Below, piece by piece: positions 34,235 through 38,145 of a DNA stretch of 38,145 bases. Source of the DNA: Chiloscyllium plagiosum (taxonomy: Eukaryota); the NCBI RefSeq assembly GCF_004010195.1, contig NW_025215360.1, positions 87,634 to 125,778 of the forward strand. The letters run 5' to 3'. Numbering within the stretch: the first letter of the stretch is position 1; each line of letters begins with the position of its first letter. A program made the position numbers and the translations under genes. Below the pieces are notes generated by a model. That model worked only from the letters and a program-made list of their open reading frames with translations. It was not told the origin of the DNA and did not search any database.

Positions 34235-35715
34235 TACTGACCTTTCAGTTTAACTGCAGTGATGGTAAAGCTTCTAGAATTATTCACAATAGAATTAAAA
34301 GTGACATGAAAAAAGGTGAGTTGATTAGGAAGAGTCAGCTCAGATTTCTAAAGGGGACACCGTGATCATTAACTTTCTTGAAGAGTTAACCAATGCTCTA
34401 TTGAATGCTCCAATTGAACCTGATGTAACAGAAAGGCTTGATGAAGGCCTTCCCATCCAGGCAAGTGGATAGTATTCAATTATTGTGCCTCATGGATGAC
34501 AAACAGGAATTGGGGAGGCAGCAGGTGAGTTAATGTTGAACACAACATCAACATCAAGCCACATCAAAAGGCATTTGATACAATGCCACACAAAAGATCT
34601 GGGAGGAAAGTTAAAGGACTTTGAATAAAAAGGGTCAGAAGCAACATAGATATAAAATTGGCTGGGCTCTTGAAAAGACAGTAATGGTCAATAGATATTT
34701 TTCAGGCTGGAGGAAGGTTTGGAATGGAAAGTTGGTACTGAGATCCTGACATATATTGGATTGAATCTTGGGTGTGCAGGGGACAATTTCAAAGTTTGCA
34801 GGCAATACAAAACGTGGAAGAATTTTAATCTCAGGAGGACAGTGTAGAACTCCTACAGGATGCAGACACGTTAGTGGAGTGGGCAGCTAGGTGGCAAATG
34901 AGTTCCAATGCAGAGAAGTGAGAGTTGATTATTTTGGTAGGAAGAACATTGGAAAACAAATAGAATAGAGAGTGTAGTTTTAAGGGGAGTACAGGGCAGA
35001 GGGATCTGACTGCATGTGTGCATAGATTACTGAAAGCTGCAGGAAAGGTAGACAGCAGTCAGCAAACCATGCAGTATCATCAACTTTATTGATAGGGTCA
35101 CAGAGTATGAGAACAAGGAAGTGGTGTTGAAATCATATACAATATTTGCTAGAGCTCATCTGGAGAATTGTGTACAGTTCTGGGAAGAAAGGATGTGAAT
35201 GAATTGAACACAGTGCAGAAGCAGTTTACAAGAATGAGGAGCTTCAGCTATGAGAATAGATCGAAGAAGTTAGGATTGTTCTTCTTGGAGTGAATGCTCA
35301 GAGGAGATCTGATCAAAATTTTCAAAAACATGAGCAGGTTGGGTAGAGTAGATAGGGAAAAAAAAAGTTCACACTCATAAAAAGAAGAGGGCATGATTTA
35401 AAGTGATCAGCAAAGAAACATGAAGAAAGGAAAATTCTTTCCACTCAGCAAGGGTGGAATACACTGTCTGCAAGTGTGGTGGAGGCAGGTTCAATTGGGG
35501 CATTCAATAGAGCAAGAGGTTTGATGTGGACTTGTTGGGCTAAATGGCCTGTTTCCTCACTGTAGAGATCCAAAACAAACAAAAAGTGCAAGAATATAAG
35601 GAAAAAACACACAGGAGGTTGGCACTAGGTAATGATGTTCACTTAATGAGCCCTGACAAAGCACAACGGGTCAAATGGCCTCTTTTTGCACTGTAACACA
35701 TCTGTGATTCTGTGA
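34235..35715 (+). mobile_element. Older CR1 LINE RT-to-3' fragment
   Basis: SLTAVMVKLLE, KAFDTMPH, ISKFAGNTK, HLENCVQFW, LRGDLIKIFK, and 3' tail aaatggcctctttttgcactgtaacacatctgtgattctgtgat. Confidence 0.85.
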
Positions 35716-36366
35716 TATAATCTGTTACAATTAATTCTGAAATTAGGTTATTTATAAAATCAATAAAATTATTGGAAACTAATATCTGCTTGAGTGGTTA
35801 TGAACATGTTTGCTTTGCACTCCTTATTGCAGACAGCAACCAAGCCATAGACAATGCTTGAAACAATGTTTCTAAATCAGCAATCAGCTTCTTTGTTGCA
35901 TACAAAGAGGTTAATGGATGTCTGTAATGAGTTAATTATACCTTCAAAAATTCTGCAATCTTTCTAGGTACTCAGACATCCTATCCATCACACACTTTCA
36001 ACATCACACATTTTCAAACATGATGCAAAAACTTAAATGAAACAAAGTGTGAAGAAACAAAGATAAACATTAAGAATGTACAGTCAAAACTCTCTGAGAA
36101 CAGAACATACCAAAGCCATAAAATTCCTATCCTCTTAATTCACTGCTGTATTAACTCTCCCTGGGTATATTAATCATTTAAACTTTGTGACCTTAAAAAA
36201 AGACATTTCCACACATTTGCAATCGAACATTATTTCACATTACACATTATTCTGGTCATTATAAAACAACTAACTTGTTGGGAGAAGCATAAGGGGAGAT
36301 TTGCATATGTATTAAAAAAGCCTTGTCTCATTCTTTTTAGTCATACTTAGTTGTAAAACAATATTA

Positions 36367-36550
36367 CAATGAGCTGCCAGAGGACATCGTAGAGGTGGGG
36401 TACCAATACAACATTTCAAAGATAGTTGAACAGGTACATGATAGGAAAGGTGTAGAGGGAAAATGACCAAATGCAGGCAAATGGGACTAGATTAGTTTAG
36501 GTTGGCATGGACGAGTTGGACTGAAGGGTCTGTTTCCATGATGTATAACT
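36367..36550 (+). mobile_element. CR1 3' end (short)
   Basis: aatgagctgccagagga...gcaggcaaatgggactagatt...ggcatggacgagttggactgaagggtctgtttccatg, matching 4200-4390. Confidence 0.88.
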
Positions 36551-37244
36551 AAAAAAAATGCCATTCAAGATCATTATTCCAGCCAGCATTCTTAAATTTA
36601 CAATTGTCTTTAACTTTCTATTTACGCCAATCCACTGCACAAGGTATTTCAGAAGGGACCATGAAAGAGACACTCCATGTTTGCTTTTAAACTTTACAAC
36701 TTTACTATGTCAAAACAGTCAACAACAATGCCACTTGGGATCGGTTTGTAATTAATAATTCTATAGTTGAGAAGTTAATGCTGCATGTCACTTGAAAGCA
36801 AAGTGCAATTAAAAAGTAGTGTAATAAGTACAAGCAGACAAATTAGTAATAGCGTTATCACAAACCTAAAGCAGTTAGACTAAATTTATAAACAGACCTT
36901 TGCTTTGTTTAGTAGAGCAATTTAAAATGCACATTAAGACATATACAAGCTAAGGAGAATTGAAATTTAGTGACCAACATTGAAATATAAATGACTCAGT
37001 CAACACTATAATTCTCAAGGTTTCGATTCTAAAATAATATTGTTTCCACAATGACTGTGTGCCAGTCATTTTACCATTTATATAGGATTATCTGATTGCA
37101 CAAAAAGAGAATGCATCTCCCTCTTCTGATTTTTAAAAATTTATTTGCTGGGTTCAATAACATTGATACTCATGTTATCCAGTTCAGTACTTATTCTTAA
37201 GGGTAACATGATTTGGATCATACAAAATACTTGAACATGTTATT

Positions 37245-37475
37245 CACAGAGTCAGAAGTTTTGCAGTGTGGAAGGAGGCTATTCAGCCTATCACTTCTGC
37301 ACTGACTTTCCAAATGAGCATTGTGACTTTATGCTGTTCCCATGCACAATTGTAAACAATCATCCAATTCCCTCTTGAATGCCTCATCTGAACCTGTCTC
37401 CACTACACTTTTCAAACAATGTATTCCAGACTTGAACTACTCATGTAAAACGTTTTTTCTCACCTTGCACAAGTT
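37245..37475 (-). mobile_element. Decayed CR1 3' end
   Basis: acagagtc...gaaggaggctattcagcct...atccaattccctcttgaatgcctc...ctccactacact...ttccagac is antisense CR1 3' end. Confidence 0.7.
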
Positions 37476-38145
37476 TTTTTTTGCAATTTTGAAATTCTTT
37501 TGTGATGACAAATAAGACAGCACCAAAATGGCCCCAACCAAAGTCATCCTGTTGTGTATTATCCCTCCTTATCTTTCTCGATCTTCTTTGAGATGATTAA
37601 CCAAATAACACCACCTCTAATAGATTTTTCTGTATTCTGCAGGGGGATCAATCCATGCATCTTCCTCTTCCTTGTCTGTATGTGGCTGTTTAATATCATC
37701 TACAGGTATGGCATCAGTTTCCATACAGAGGCGGAATGCAACCAGCCCCACATCTCTTCATCTTCTGCATCACTGGTAGCAGATGGCTTTTATCAAGTTT
37801 TCTGCAACATCAAGAAAACTGAAACAAGTGTCTTCATCTCCCACTACCAATTCCGTAACCTTGCATGCAACTACATTTTTTTAACCAATGCCTTCCTTCA
37901 GGGAAAGAAATATGTCATTCTTAACTGATCTAACTTACATGTGACTTCACCCCACCAATTTTCCTATGCAGATACAAATATCCATGACAGTATCAGTAGG
38001 AGTGCACAATCCTAGTTGACATGAGTCCCATCTTTGTACTGAGACAACCTCCAAAGTATTGTGTAGTGCTACCACTGAGCTATTTGGGGGAGATTTTGAA
38101 TAGCTTTAGCAACTCAAGACTGGGCATCGAGGAGGTGCTATGGGT

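Noticed and set aside
38066..38084. tRNA A-box-like tagctcagtggtag on the minus strand
   Set aside because: No B-box or cloverleaf follows.
37500..38090. Acidic, coding-like minus-strand stretches (SDAEDEE, DKEEED) and a 124-aa plus ORF
   Set aside because: Stops occur at about random frequency and frames switch; no recognisable homology. A BLASTx hit would be needed to call a pseudogene.

Overview
Vertebrate, almost certainly cartilaginous-fish (shark) genomic DNA. The organism call is an inference from the repeat families: CR1/HER1-type LINEs, L2-tailed and Deu-type SINEs, and Penelope-like pLTR fragments. No intact, recognisable protein-coding gene is present; the only ORFs with recognisable protein similarity are decayed CR1 reverse-transcriptase/endonuclease fragments. 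The window has two halves. About 1-25.9 kb is TE-poor and mostly CpG-retaining, with promoter-like modules and three candidate non-coding minus-strand exons (~24.6, ~24.0 and ~19.9 kb), plus a candidate plus-strand TATA-driven first exon at 15.4 kb. About 26-38 kb is CpG-depleted and packed with CR1/L2 fossils. The most notable observations are four minimal type-I hammerhead-ribozyme motifs in three Penelope-like insertions, one of them a TSD-flanked ~190-bp palindrome carrying a hammerhead on each strand. There is also a set of inverted duplications and hairpins not explained by paired TE copies: ~250-bp arms with an internal micro-inversion, 138-bp ~96%-identical arms about 1 kb apart, a pre-miRNA-sized hairpin and a perfect 17-bp stem. 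All alignments were done by eye.
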